This document shows, piece by piece, positions 11,628 through 24,428 of a stretch of 64,000 bases of DNA. This DNA is from Octopus sinensis (Eukaryota): assembly GCF_006345805.1 (NCBI RefSeq), contig NC_043021.1, positions 21,948,001 to 22,012,000 of the forward strand, given 5' to 3'. A program made the translations under genes and the position numbers. Under the pieces are notes generated by a model. The model had not been told where the DNA came from and ran no database searches. It saw nothing but the letters and a program-made list of their open reading frames with translations. Every line of letters begins with the position of its first letter. The first letter of the stretch is position 1.

Positions 11628-12200
11628 AGCGATAACAGCAACAACTACTACAACAGCAACACCTACACAACGACTGAAGCAAGAACAACAACAACAACAT
11701 CACACAGTCCTAAAAATACAAAACAAAAATTGTTCTGTTGCTAATTAATTTTCCTGTTTCTTAATTAGACATTTTTGCACATTTCTCCTGTCAGCTTTGT
11801 TGGTTGCTCTTACGGATGATGCAATAACAGTAGGTGTTGTAGTACTGCTGTGGTGGTGGTGGTGGTTGTGGTGATGGTGGTTGTGGTGATTGTTGTGGTG
11901 ATGGTGGTGGTTGTGGTCGTAGTGGTGGTGTTTGTGGTGGTGGGGGTAGTTGTAGTGGTGGTGATTGTGGCGGTGGAAGTGCTGAAATAGTGTGGTGTAG
12001 CGGTGGTGGTGGTGGTGGTGGCGGTGGTTGTGGTCGTAGTGGTGGTAGTACTTGTAGTGGTGGTGGTAGTGGTTGTTGCGGTGGAAGTGCTGAAACAGTG
12101 TGGCATGGTGTTGGTCAGAGTGTAGTTGTAGTGGGCTTGTACTGGTGTTGTGATGGTAGTGGTGGTGGTGTGCGTGGTGGTGGTTGTAGTGTATTGTAGT
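11510..12200. repeat. (ACT/ACA)n and (GGT/GTA)n trinucleotide tracts
   Basis: Direct reading. Confidence 0.9.
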
Positions 12201-12284
12201 GGGTCAAGGCCCCACTGTGTGGCACCTTGAGCAAGTATCTTCATTTATACACTCACTCTGAGAGCGGTATTAAGACTAAACAAA

Positions 12285-12608
12285 AGAGGAGTGGTGATAG
12301 TGAATCACCCTGGAAAATGCCACATGAAATTTTTACATCACCAGCATTTAGAGATTCATTGTCACTGTTCAAAGTTTGTGTGGTTCTCCGTGATCTCATA
12401 CTTACAGTCAAAAAGTTTCACAGAGTAGGCGCTATTTTATACATTTCCAGGCATTTCTTAATCCAGCTATGTGGTAGGCTATCAAAAGCTTTTTTATAGT
12501 CTATCCAGGCTATTGACAAGTTTTTGTGTCGTTTGTGACAATCTTCTAAGATCATCTTATTGATGAGTAGCTGATCTTTACAACCATAGGATCCACGTTT
12601 GCATCCTT
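12285..12608 (-). pseudogene. R4/Dong-like reverse transcriptase fragment
   Basis: [24 protein letters not shown]...[17 protein letters not shown] and, downstream, KISCGIFQGDSLSPLL. Confidence 0.8.
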
Positions 12609-12704
12609 TTATTATTATTATTATCCTCCTCCTCCTTCTCCCCCTCATCGTCATCATCATCATCATCATCATCACCATCATCATCATCATTATTATTAAC
12701 ATAT

Positions 12705-13070
12705 GTTTGATTTTTGCTTCATATTTTTACAAGTTGACTCCAAGTCTCACCCAGAGACCTCAAGAGACAACAGGGTTGGAAGTTCATGTTGGTCTTTCAT
12801 CTAGGCTGTCATATATTTGGTTTTGCACTTGGTATTGTTCTAGAGGATGTTCAAGAAAACTTAAGAATATTATGAGTTTGTTTTAAAATTTGAGATTACA
12901 TAGACAATATTTTGCATAGGATATGGGCAGTTACCATAAGCACTATCTTTTGAATTTCTGCCATTTTGGAGTTTCCTGGTATCTGAATTTAGGTAGCAAT
13001 CACCCCCTTTTGCTATCATTCCCAGTGCATCTATGACTACAGGTATTGTTTTAGTATTGAAGTTCCACAT
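12705..13070 (-). mobile_element. R4/Dong-like 3' end (C-terminus, 3' UTR, simple-repeat tail)
   Basis: LWNFNTKTIPVVIDALGMIAKG...TAHILCKILSM*, then a UTR and an (AAT/GAT)n tail at 12610-12700. Confidence 0.65.
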
Positions 13071-13094
13071 TATTATTATTATTATTATTATTAT

Positions 13095-13652
13095 TGAGTG
13101 AGAGAGCAGTGTATGCCATCAAAGTGACACTGGGGGTAAAATATATGAAGCCCAATATACCCATCATGATTACCCATCTGATAAGAGTACACCAGGCACA
13201 TGTATCACAATCATGTGTGTGCGACATGGTGATTTCATATTAAGATAAACAGCACATCACCTTGCAGGTGGGGCCCAGTTAGAATTTTCTTCTGGTCGAG
13301 TCACCTATCCTGCTCAAAAGGTCCCTGAATAAGGGTTGTTTAAGGATGTTGAACAAACCACCCATGTTTTCAAAGGTGAATTATTCAAACCCCCAAGAAT
13401 CCCTCTCAACACATGGCTATGATGCTCCCCCACTACTTCTGCTCGTGATCAGAGATGCACATATCGTCAGCCACTAAGGGACATGATCAACTGGTTAAGG
13501 TCAAACAACTGACCAGCAAATCTGTGGTATTGAGCAGAATATTTGCTGTAGCCCATCTTTTATAGCAAGACAAAACAATATACATAATAACACTTCCAAT
13601 CGGTTAAGATCAGAAGCTACGAGAGCCACTGATTGGTACTGCATCAGGGCAT
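13095..13652 (+). mobile_element. ~560-bp interspersed repeat family E flanked by (ATT)n (sense unknown)
   Basis: Near-complete reverse-complement copy at 47652-48205. Confidence 0.8.
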
Positions 13653-13694
13653 TCATTATTATTATTACTATTATTATTATTATTATTATTATTA

Positions 13695-14135
13695 TTAAGA
13701 CAGTGAGCTGGTAGAATTGTTAGCATGCTGGTCAAAATGCTTAGCAGTATTTCACCCATCGCTCCATTCTGAGTTCAAATTTTGTGACTTTGCCTCTCAT
13801 CATGTTTTGGGGTTTATAAAATAAATCTCAGTTGAAGACTGGGGTTGATGTGATTGACTCATCCCCCGCCCCCCAAAATTGCTGTCCTTGTGACAAATTT
13901 TGAAACCATTATTATTATTATTATTAAAAAGGTAGTGAGCTGGCAGAACCGTTAGCACATCAGACAAAATGCTTAGCAACATTTTGTCTGTCTGTCTGTC
14001 TTTCTGCTCTGTATTCAAATTTTGCCGAGGTTGACTTTGCCTTTCATCCTTTTGAGGTTCAGTTGAGTACAGGGGTCGAGGCAATTGACTTACTCCCACA
14101 CCAAAATTACTGGCCTTGTGCCAAAACTTGAAATC
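13695..14135 (+). mobile_element. Two tandem older SINE family C copies
   Basis: gtgagctggcagaa..gttagca...ctgagttcaaatt...gactttgcctttcatcc occurs twice. Confidence 0.65.
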
Positions 14136-14137
14136 AT

Positions 14138-14495
14138 TATTACTGCTACCTTAAGGAAGATGGAGGTATTGTTTTCAGTTGCATTTGTTTCCTTGTTTGT
14201 CTGTGGACAAGATATCTCAAGAACCGCTGGATATATTCAGATGAAACTCTCAGGGATGTTTGGCTTCATGCCTGGCACAAACTGATTAGATTTTGGAATT
14301 GATCTGGTACTGGACAAAGATTCTGGATTATTTTTCCTGTTTTTTACTTAATTTTTGAGAGTGGTCCGGTTAATTTTTAGTATTCTCATTTGTGAGAGCA
14401 ATTGAGTTTATTTCAGATATTCTCATTTTAAAAATCATCTCTGGCTAATCGTTGGTGTTGCCTTGGAGGAGATTTGTGCTCTCTGAGTGCTCTTA
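14138..14495 (+). mobile_element. Helentron-associated (HINE/DINE-1-like) non-autonomous element
   Basis: Starts ttac..ctaccttaagg..ggaggtattgttttc..gtttgtctgt..caagatatctcaagaacc; ends ccttgg..gatttgtgctctctgagtgc with a terminal hairpin (gtgctc/gagtgc). Confidence 0.5.
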
Positions 14496-14717
14496 TTATT
14501 ATTAAGGCAGCGAGCTGGCAGAGCTGCTACCACGTCGGGCAAAATGTCAGTCATCATGCTCTGAGTTCAAATTCCATTGAGTTCACCTTTATCTTTCATC
14601 CTTTTGGGGTCAATAAATTAAGCACCAGTGAAACACTGGGGTCAATGTAATTAACTAGATCCCTTCCCCAAAATTTCTGGCCATTTGCATTTAGTAAAAA
14701 GAAATTATTATTATTAT

Positions 14718-14933
14718 TATTCTGTTGTGTCTGAGGAGAGTCATTTTCTTTTTGTGCCTTATAATTTAACACACTCACCGGTAAAATTTCCACCTATTTC
14801 TTATTTTATATTCCTAAAATTTTCATTGCATCTTGCAACCTTTCCAATAAGAAATAAGTGGAAATTTTACCGGTGAGTGTGTTACATTATAAGGCACAAA
14901 AAGAAAATGACTCTCCCCAGACACAACAGAATA
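14718..14933. repeat. Fold-back element: 88-bp inverted arms (14718-14805 / 14846-14933), ~40-bp spacer
   Basis: The arms are reverse complements with about 3 mismatches. Confidence 0.9.
14811..14853 (-). ncRNA. Hammerhead-like fold with U3-A8 core
   Basis: UUCUUA-UUGGAAA-G-GUUGC(AAGAU)GCAAU-GAA-AAUU-U^-UAGGAA: 6-bp stem I, 5-bp stem II, palindromic AAUU stem III. Confidence 0.4.
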
Positions 14934-15187
14934 TGCTTCAACACACGAACTCACATAAAGAATCTTGCAAACCAAATCCAAAAACGAAGTTATTACTATT
15001 ATTATTGTGAAAAATCTCAGCCTTATTTTGCTGAGTATGATGGGAATTGTCAGCTGTCCACAACCAGCAGACTGAGGTGTGTGTGTTTGTGTGATGGACT
15101 TGCTCTTTGAATACAACATATGAGCATTCAGCTTTTACCAAGTGACCTGTTTATAGGGATCAAATATTTGTGCTGCATCTTAACTCA

Positions 15188-15560
15188 GTCATCATCATCA
15201 TCGTTTAACGTCCGTTCTCCATGCTAGCAAAAGTTGTACAGTTCGACCGGGGTCTGGGAAGCCAGGAGACTGCACCAGGCTCCCGTCTGATCTGGCAGTG
15301 TTTCTACGGCTGGATGCCCTTCATAACGCCAACCACTCCGTGGGTGTAGTGGGTCCTTTTTATGTGTCACCGGCACAGGTGCCAGGGGAGTCTGGCAGTG
15401 TCCACGTTCAGATGGTGCTTTTTACATGCCACCGGCACAGAAGCCAGTCAAGGCAGCACTGGCATTGGCCATGTACAGATGATGCTTTTATGTGCCACCG
15501 GTACAGGTATCACAGCTACGATTTCCATTTAATATTTATTTTGATGTTGATGTACTTGAC
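15188..15560 (-). mobile_element. RTE 3'-tail element
   Basis: Same family as 5508-5945. Confidence 0.8.
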
Positions 15561-15638
15561 TTCTGTATCAAATCAATGTCAGTGTACCATGCATCAGGTG
15601 TGAAAGGGATCAATGTGAGATGAGCAATGTGAGATTGA

Positions 15639-15684
15639 GTGTTTTGCTCAAGAACACAGTGCACTGTGTTCTTGAGCAAAACAC
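15639..15684. repeat. Perfect 46-bp palindrome with no spacer
   Basis: gtgttttgctcaagaacacagtg|cactgtgttcttgagcaaaacac. Confidence 0.95.
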
Positions 15685-15911
15685 CTGGGACGCCAGTCCG
15701 TCGCAGGTGAGCTGCAAGATGTAGGAGGAAAGAGTGAGAGAAAGTTGTGGCGTAAGAGTCAGCAAAAGTTCGCCATTACCTTCTTCCGGAGCCGCGTGGA
15801 GCTTAGGTGTTTTTGCTCATAAACACACCCACATCGCCCGGTCTGAGATTCGAACCCACGATCCCTCGACCGCGAGTCCGCTGCTCTAACCACTAGGCCA
15901 TGTGCCTCCAC
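15685..15911 (-). mobile_element. SINE family D variant
   Basis: Minus strand gtggaggcacatggcctagtggttagagcagcggactcgcggtcgagggatcgtgggttcgaatc: a tRNA-like head. Confidence 0.75.
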
Positions 15912-15917
15912 AATAAT

Positions 15918-16125
15918 CATCATCATCATTTAAAGTCCGCTTTCCATGCTGGCATGGGTTGGACGGTTCAACTGGGGTCTGGGAAGCCAGAAGGCTGCAC
16001 CAGGCCCAGTCTGATCTGGCAGTGTTTCTACAGCTGGATGCCCTTCTTAACGCCAACCACTCCGTGAGTGTAGTGGGTGCTTTTTACGTGCCACCGGCAC
16101 AGGTGCCAGATGGGGCTGGCAGACG
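15918..16125 (-). mobile_element. RTE 3'-tail element
   Basis: Same family as 5508-5945. Confidence 0.8.
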
Positions 16126-16129
16126 GCCA

Positions 16130-17200
16130 CAATAATGATAATAATAATAATAATAAAGATAATGATAATGATGAGTGTAAATTTGAAATGTGATGTACAA
16201 TAGCAATAATAAAATTGATGATGATGCTGATGATGGAGAGATCTGAGGATAACAATGACAGTGATGAGAGTGATGACATGTGAGAGCAGAATGCGGTAAA
16301 TGATAATGAGAGTGATGACAGTGATAATGGTGGTTGCATTGATGTTGTTGTTGCTGGTGGTGGTGGTGGTGGTGGTGATGGTGTTGGTGGTGATGATGGT
16401 GGCAATCTATGTGGTGGTGTTGGTGGTGGTGATGATGATGGCGACGATGGTGATGAAAATGATGATACTAGTGATGATGGTGGTGGTGGTAGTGGTGGTG
16501 GTGGTGATAATTATGACTATGGTAGTGATGATCATGGTGGTGGCGGAGGTGATGGTGGTGGTGCTGAAGGTTATGATGATGATGGTGTATACTGTTGATG
16601 GAGATGATGGCGATGGTGATGGCGGTGGTGGTAGTGGTGGTGGTGGTAGTGGTGGTGGTGGTGATGGTGGTGGTGATAATGATGATTATGGTAGGGATGA
16701 TGATGGTGGTGGTGGTGGTGGTGGTGGTGGTAGTGATGGTGGTGGTGATAATTATGACTATGGTAGTGATGATGATGTTGATGGTGGTGGTGGTGGTGGT
16801 GTGTTATGATGACAACGACGATGATGATGATGATGATGATAACGATGATGATGATGATGATGATGATGATAGTCACATTGCTTGTGGTGTTGGTTGCAAT
16901 TATTGAGCTCACGAAAGTGATAATGACGAAGGTGATGAAAACGATGATGATAGTGATAACGATGATGATGATAACGATGATGATGATAACGACGACGATG
17001 ACGATGATGATGATGATGGTGATGTCAGTTGTGGATGATGTTTCTAACGATTACAATGATTATGATGATGATGATGAAGGAAGAGATTCACAGTGGCTGC
17101 TTGCTGATGATGAAGAGGATGATAATGATGGTGGCGATAACGGAGAGAGTGGGGGTGGTGGTGGTGGTGGTGATGACAGCGATGACAATAATATCACCGT
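16130..17200. repeat. Compound (GAT)n/(GGT)n tract, ~1.1 kb
   Basis: Direct reading. Confidence 0.9.
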
Positions 17201-17638
17201 TGACGGCAACGTATTATATTCCCATATTTTCACTTTTTTTTAATTTAATTTTATTTTATGTTTTGTTCTTGTGTTTTCTAGGTTTGTTCTCTCACACGAG
17301 GACTGTGACATGCGTGAAACAATGTGTTCGGAACCTTCCAGCCATTCACATATTCGGCTGCCACAGAAATATTCACAGATAGAAGTGTGTGGGTGGATGT
17401 GTGTATCTCTGTGTGTGTATGTGTCTATAAATATACATGTGTGTGTATGTGTGTGTGTGTGTGTGTAATATCCACGTATATATGTGTGAGTGTGTGTGTG
17501 TGATTGTGTGTATTATATATGTACATGTACATTTATATACGCTTGTATATACATAGATACACAAATATATACATATAGACATATATATACATATAGACAT
17601 ATATATATATATATATATGTATCTATATATATATATAT

Positions 17639-17672
<34 letters not shown>

Positions 17673-18125
17673 TTTGTATATATATGTAACAGATATATAG
17701 ATGCATATGTGTAAATATAAATATCTGTGTGTGTGTATATATATATATATACACACATATATGTGTACATGTATAAATATATATGTACATAAATGTGTAT
17801 ATATGTACATATATATATACATATATCCATATGTACATATATATACAATATATTTATATATGTATATACATATATATGTATATATATATATATACACATA
17901 TACACGTACAGATGATATGTTACGTATTTGATAGATTAACTATAAATCAATTTTATTCTTTCTTCACTTATAGAATTCATATAATGATTTTTCTCAACAT
18001 CCACTCTCAAATACATACCCATATACACATATATATGTGTATTCATATAAATGTGTATATATATATATGAAGCAGACATATACCTATTTATATATCTATC
18101 TCTATATATGTGTGTGTGTTTATAC

Positions 18126-18167
<42 letters not shown>

Positions 18168-19201
18168 ATAAATACCTGTGTGAATAGCAATGTATCTATC
18201 TGTCTATACATATGTGTGTATGTATATATAGATATATATGTGTGTGTGTATGTGGGCAAATATATATGTGTGTATCTTTATATGAGACTCATCTAATGCG
18301 TGTGTGTGTTTGTGTGTGAATGAATGCACTTACATCTACGTCAGTATATGCGTGTGTATCTATGTATGTATGTATCTATATGTGTATATATATACATATA
18401 TACATATATACATATATACATATATGAATATAAATATTTGTTTGCAGGTGATATATCATTTCAAAGACACTCTCCTTACTTCCTTGTTTGACTATTATAC
18501 ACACACACACATGCCTATATATATGGTATGTATGTATGGTATGTATGGGTGCATGTATGGTATGTATGTATGTATGGTATGTATGTATGGTATGTATGTA
18601 TGTATCTATGTATCTATGTATGAATGTATGTATGTATGCATGTGTGTATGTATGTATCTATGTATGAATGTATGTATGTATGCATGTGTGTATGTATGTA
18701 TATATGCATGTATGTATGCATGTATGTATGTATGTATGTATGTATCTGTGTGTGTATGTATGTATGTATGTATGTATGCATGTATCTATGTATGTATGTA
18801 TGTATGTATGTATGTATGTATGTATCTATGTATCTATGTATGTATGTATCTACATATGTAGTATGTATGTATGTATGTCCCTACCTCTATCAGTTTTCTC
18901 TTCCTCCTTATATATTTCCTGTGTCATATTCACTTCCAACTTAACTCATTCACCGCCACCCTCTCCTACATAATCTTCTACAATTCTCTGGAGATTTTCT
19001 TCATTATGTACAGATATTATTCTCCTCGTAATGGATGTTCGATCTATAGTACTTGAGAAGCTGTACACAGCATTTAAAACACGATTTTTTATTACTTGCA
19101 AACTTCTCATTATTGATCAGATTTTTCTTAAATACATATCATCATTATCTATCAATAGCTATATTTATTTATAAACTTTACATATATAATATATATATAT
19201 A

Positions 19202-19366
19202 GGTGCAGGAGTGGCTGTGTGGTAAGTAGCTTGCTAACCAACCACATGGTTCCGGGTTCAGTCCCACTGCGTGGCATCTTGGGCAAGTGTCTTCTGCTAT
19301 AGCCCCGGGCCGACCAATGCCTTGTGAGTGGATTTGGTAGATGGAAACTGAAAGAAGCCTGTCGTA

Positions 19367-19404
<38 letters not shown>

Positions 19405-19624
19405 TGTGTATATGTTTGTGTGTCTGTGTTTGTCCCCCTAGCATTGTTTGACAACCGATGCTGGTGTGTTTACGTCCTCATCACTGAGCGGTTCGGCAAA
19501 AGAGACCGATAGAATAAGTACTGGGCTTACAAAGAATAAGTCCCGGGGTCGATTTGCTCGACTAAAGGCAGTGCTCCAACATGGCCGCAGTCAAATGACT
19601 GAAACAAGTAAAAGAGTAAAGAGT
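19202..19624 (+). mobile_element. Full-length SINE family A (tRNA head, CORE-like cttgggcaagt motif, internal microsatellite)
   Basis: ggtgcaggagtggctgtgtggtaag...ggttccgggttcagtccc (A/B boxes), tail (gagtaaaa)n. It resembles known octopus SINEs, but the family name is not verified. Confidence 0.85.
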
Positions 19625-20845
19625 ATATATATATGTATTTTGTTGGGGGAGGGTGGTGGAGTGCAGGCATGGCTGCGTGGTATGATGTTTGCTTCCTAGC
19701 TACATGGTTCCAGGTTCAGAACCTCTCTGTGTCGACTTTGGCTAGTGATTTCCAAAGTCCTGTGAATGAATTTTGCAACTGATATAAACCTGTCATGTTA
19801 TATATATATTATATATATATATATATATATATGGATAAATACCTGTGTGAATAGCAATGTATCTATCTGTCTATACATATGTGTGTATGTATATATAGAT
19901 ATATATGTGTGTGTGTATGTGGGCAAATATATATGTGTGTATCTTTATATGAGACTCATCTAAATGCGTGTGTGTGTTTGTGTGTGAATGAATGCACTTA
20001 CATCTACGTCAGTATATGCGTGTGTATCTATGTATGTATCTATATGTGTATATATATACATATATACATATATACATATATACATATATGAATATAAATA
20101 TTTGTTTGCAGGTGATATATCATTTCAAAGACACTCTCCTTACTTCCTTGTTTGACTATTATACACACACACACATGCCTATATATATGTATGTATGTAT
20201 GGTATGTATGGGTGCATGTATGGTATGTATGTATGGTATGTATGTATGGTATGTATGTATCTATGTATCTATGTATGAATGTATGTATGTATGCATGTGT
20301 GTATGTATGTATCTATGTATGAATGTATGTATGTATGCATGTGTGTATGTATGTATATATGCATGTATGTATGCATGTATGTATGTATGTATGTATGTAT
20401 CTGTGTATGTATGTATGTATGTATGTATGCATGTATCTATGTATGTATGTATGTATGTATGTATGTATGTATGTATGTATCTATGTATGTATGTATCTAC
20501 ATATGTATGTATGTATGTATGTATGTCCCTACCTCTATCAGTTTTCTCTTCCTCCTTATATATTTCCTGTGTCATATTCACTTCCAACTTAACTCATTCA
20601 CCGCCACCCTCTCCTACATAATCTTCTACAATTCTCTGGAGATTTTCTTCATATGTACAGATATTATTCTCCTCGTAATGGATGTTCGATCTATAGTACT
20701 TGAGAAGCTGTACACAGCATTTAAAACACGATTTTTTATTACTTGCAAACTTCTCATTATTGATCAGATTTTTCTTAAATACATATCATCATTATCTATC
20801 AATAGCTATATTTATTTATAAACTTACATATATAATATATATATA

Positions 20846-21010
20846 GGTGCAGGAGTGGCTGTGTGGTAAGTAGCTTGCTAACCAACCACATGGTTCCGGG
20901 TTCAGTCCCACTGCGTGGCATCTTGGGCAAGTGTCTTCTGCTATAGCCCCGGGCCGACCAATGCCTTGTGAGTGGATTTGGTAGATGGAAACTGAAAGAA
21001 GCCTGTCGTA

Positions 21011-21048
<38 letters not shown>

Positions 21049-21268
21049 TGTGTATATGTTTGTGTGTCTGTGTTTGTCCCCCTAGCATTGTTTGACAACC
21101 GATGCTGGTGTGTTTACGTCCTCATCACTGAGCGGTTCGGCAAAAGAGACCGATAGAATAAGTACTGGGCTTACAAAGAATAAGTCCCGGGGTCGATTTG
21201 CTCGACTAAAGGCAGTGCTCCAACATGGCCGCAGTCAAATGACTGAAACAAGTAAAAGAGTAAAGAGT
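20846..21268 (+). mobile_element. SINE family A (duplicate of 19202-19624)
   Basis: Part of the tandem duplication. Confidence 0.85.
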
Positions 21269-21440
21269 ATATATATATGTATTTTGTTGGGGGAGGGTGG
21301 TGGAGTGCAGGCATGGCTGCGTGGTATGATGTTTGCTTCCTAGCTACATGGTTCCAGGTTCAGAACCTCTCTGTGTCGACTTTGGCTAGTGATTTCCAAA
21401 GTCCTGTGAATGAATTTTGCAACTGATATAAACCTGTCAT

Positions 21441-21508
<68 letters not shown>

Positions 21509-21850
21509 CATATATATATATATATATGCATATATATATATATATATATACATATATATGTATATACATATATATATATAACTGAAGTATAAGGAAAGGA
21601 AATATTGTAAGTGTAGACGAACTTTAATTTATAATCCAAGTTGGTACAGATCCAAAATGCATTCCACAAATTGTTTTGGAGTCTAATTTATTCCAAAGAC
21701 AAAAAACGAAAAACTCTTCCTGAAATAAAAATTAGATTCTTCCTCAGGAATTACATACTGGTACGAATAATAATGACCAACAAAAATATACAAAGAACTT
21801 TCATAGCCCAAATGGGAACCAACAAATAATAATAATAATAATCATAATAA

Positions 21851-22250
21851 GGGCGAAGAGGTGGCAGAATTGTTAGCATGCCGGGAGAAATGCTTAACAG
21901 TATTTCGTCTGCCGTTACGTTCTGAGTTCAAATTCCGCCGAGGTCGACTTTGCCTTCCATTGAATAAGTACCAGTTATGCACTGGGGTCGATATAATCGA
22001 CTTATTCCGTTTGTCTGTCCTTGTTTGTCCCCTCTGTGTTTAGCCCCTTGTGGGTAGGAAAGAAATAGGTATTTCGTCTGCTGTTACGTTCTGAGTTCAA
22101 ATTCTGCCAAGGTTGACTTTGCCTCTCATCCTTTCGGGGTAGATTTAATAAGTACCAGTTACACACTGCTGTCAATGTAATTGACTTAATCCCTTTGTCT
22201 GTCCTTGTTTGTCCCCACTATGTTTAGCTCCTTGTGAGTAATAAATAAAT
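21851..22250 (+). mobile_element. SINE family C, tandem/partial dimer
   Basis: ggcgaagaggtggcagaattgttagcatgccgg...ctgagttcaaattccgccgaggtcgactttgcc; a second partial unit starts at ~22060. Confidence 0.75.
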
Positions 22251-23654
22251 AAATGAATAATAATAGTATTAATGATAATAAATATATTCCCTTGTCATCA
22301 TCGTTGTCATTTATATATATGTGTGTGTGTATGATACCTGAAATGTCAGTGTGCATGTAGTTTTTCCTTCTTTCTACCTTTTTGTCTTTCTTTCTTTTTT
22401 TTTTTCATGTTTCATATCTAAAATATTTGAAATTTACAAACCTAGCAAACCATTTTTTTTTCTATGTCTTTTTCCCTTACTTCATAGTTCATTAAAGGAA
22501 GCCTCTACATGGTAACTTAACTCTGCTAGAAACTGCAGCAACCCTTTCCCTGAAATCACCCCCTGCTCTCTTATAAAAGAAACTGTATTTAATTTCAATT
22601 CTCAAGTCACTACATTCTTAAGGAAACAATAAGACTGGCTGGTCGTGGCTGGAATGTCTTTGACTCTACGTCTGCTCTCTCGGTGCCAATTTGGTATTCA
22701 ACATATAAAAGAAGATTGAAGCGAAGGCTTGAACAATTCCTCGTTATGTTATTAAAGTTTTATCTATCAATAAAAATCTTTTGATTTTGATTGGTAATTG
22801 CCAAACTGTTGAAATGGAAGCGTCGCTTAGTTAGCTACAACAAAGCATTATTCCAGTTCTCCTTGTGACAATAAATTTACCGCAAGCAGTGCAACGTATC
22901 AAAATGTCCAATTTATCAAACTTTACCGAATTTCTTTACCTCAGTTCAATCAAGGTCGCTATTTTTATCGTGCCAAATATTTTAATGAGCATTAAATCCG
23001 ATGTTATGTATGATATTCTTCACAATAGTTTGACGCCATTTGAAATTTAGCATTCTTCAAGGTGGAAATTCTTTGAGAATCATGAGCTGTCTAAGAAATT
23101 ATTCATCATTCATACCTATTCCAGCTGCCGTTTTTGTTATCTTTATTTTTTTTATCTTTGTTGCACTGGAACCTGCATTAACTGAAATTTGGACAGTTTA
23201 TTTGTCTGCGACTGCATAGATGTCCCTTCGTTCTTTGTTTATTCATAGGTCAGCTTTAACTAAGCAGAAACTTAGTCTAAAATATTCCAACCATGATTAT
23301 TTTGTTATATTTCCACACATCCCGGCCTACTTTGTCCAATATAACTTGCCCCTTTTTTAAAAGGCCCCTGTCATTGCAATTTGAGCAAAAGTTGGTTTTA
23401 CTTTCAAGCAGATGGGTTTCAAATTTTGTACAGGGCCAGTAATTTCAAGAAAGGGGTAAGTCAATTACATCGACCCCTGTGTTCAACTGGAACTTATTTT
23501 GTCAACATTGAAAGAATGAAAGGCAAAGCTGACCTCAGCAGAGTTTGAACTCATTACAGACGAACTGCTGCCAAGCATTTTGTCTGATGTGCTAGTGATA
23601 CTGCCAGCTCACTGCTTCAGTTTCCTTTCTAGAAGAATCATCAATCATATAGAG

Positions 23655-23854
23655 CAGTGCTTTTCAACCTTTTGCTGGAGTGGAACCCCAAGAAAACATT
23701 TCACAGGCTCGAGGAACCCCTGTGCAATAATTTAATTGTCTTATGCACACATATCTGCACAGGAGAATTAAAAATTACTGTCGATTTCAGCATTTTTGTA
23801 ACTTCTTGTGGAACCCCTGGACTGTACTGGCGGAACCCTGGTTGAAAACCACTG
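23655..23854. mobile_element. hAT-type MITE, 200 bp
   Basis: 15-bp TIRs cagtg(c/g)ttttcaacc and a perfect 8-bp TSD atatagag (23647-23654 / 23855-23862). Confidence 0.85.
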
Positions 23855-24386
23855 ATATAGAGATTCCCCTCTTATGAGGTTGTTTTTGCTGTTTAGCAGC
23901 AGCAACAGTTCAATAGGAACAAGATAAAAGTTGGTTACAGCTGCAGAAGAATAGCCAATCACATCAAAGAAAAGGGACACATTAGGAAAGGCATCCAGCT
24001 GTAGAAACCAAGCAAAAATCAGACTGGATCCTATTCTCTGCACTTCTCTGACTTACCAGTTCCAGTTAAACTGTCTAACCCATACCAGATGGAAAGCAGA
24101 TGCTAAATGATGATGATGATGAGGAGGAGGAGGAGGATATTTGAAAGCTCATAATCTAATGGTTAGGGTTTTGGGCTCCTGCGCAATGTAAGGTTTGGGG
24201 TTTTGAGTCTTCAACCAATAAATGAGTCATATTGGAAAACAGTACTGCCAAGCTATTTGCATTCTGAAAATTTCTTATATATGTATATGCTTATGAGTGT
24301 GTGTCCTTCTCTGTCTGTGTATATGTATGTATATGCTTGTGTGCATGCATATATATATATATATAATATATATATATGTATATATA

Positions 24387-24428
<42 letters not shown>

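Larger units (their letters stand above)
18135..21445. repeat. Near-identical tandem duplication, unit ~1.65 kb
   Basis: ggataaatacctgtg at 18166 and 19833 (offset 1667); gtcatgt ends at 19798 and 21442 (offset 1644); the junction lies in (TA)n. Confidence 0.9.

Noticed and set aside
19202-19280. tRNA genes at SINE heads
   Set aside because: A/B boxes are present but there is no complete cloverleaf, and they continue into SINE bodies.
16028-21669. Long ORFs rich in Y/I/C/V/M/H or poly-amino-acid runs (also 7807-8307, 11479-12244, 29083-29603, 32975-33627, 35907-36554, 57892-58577)
   Set aside because: They are translations of TA/TG/CA/GGT/GAT/CT microsatellites and lack stops only by composition.
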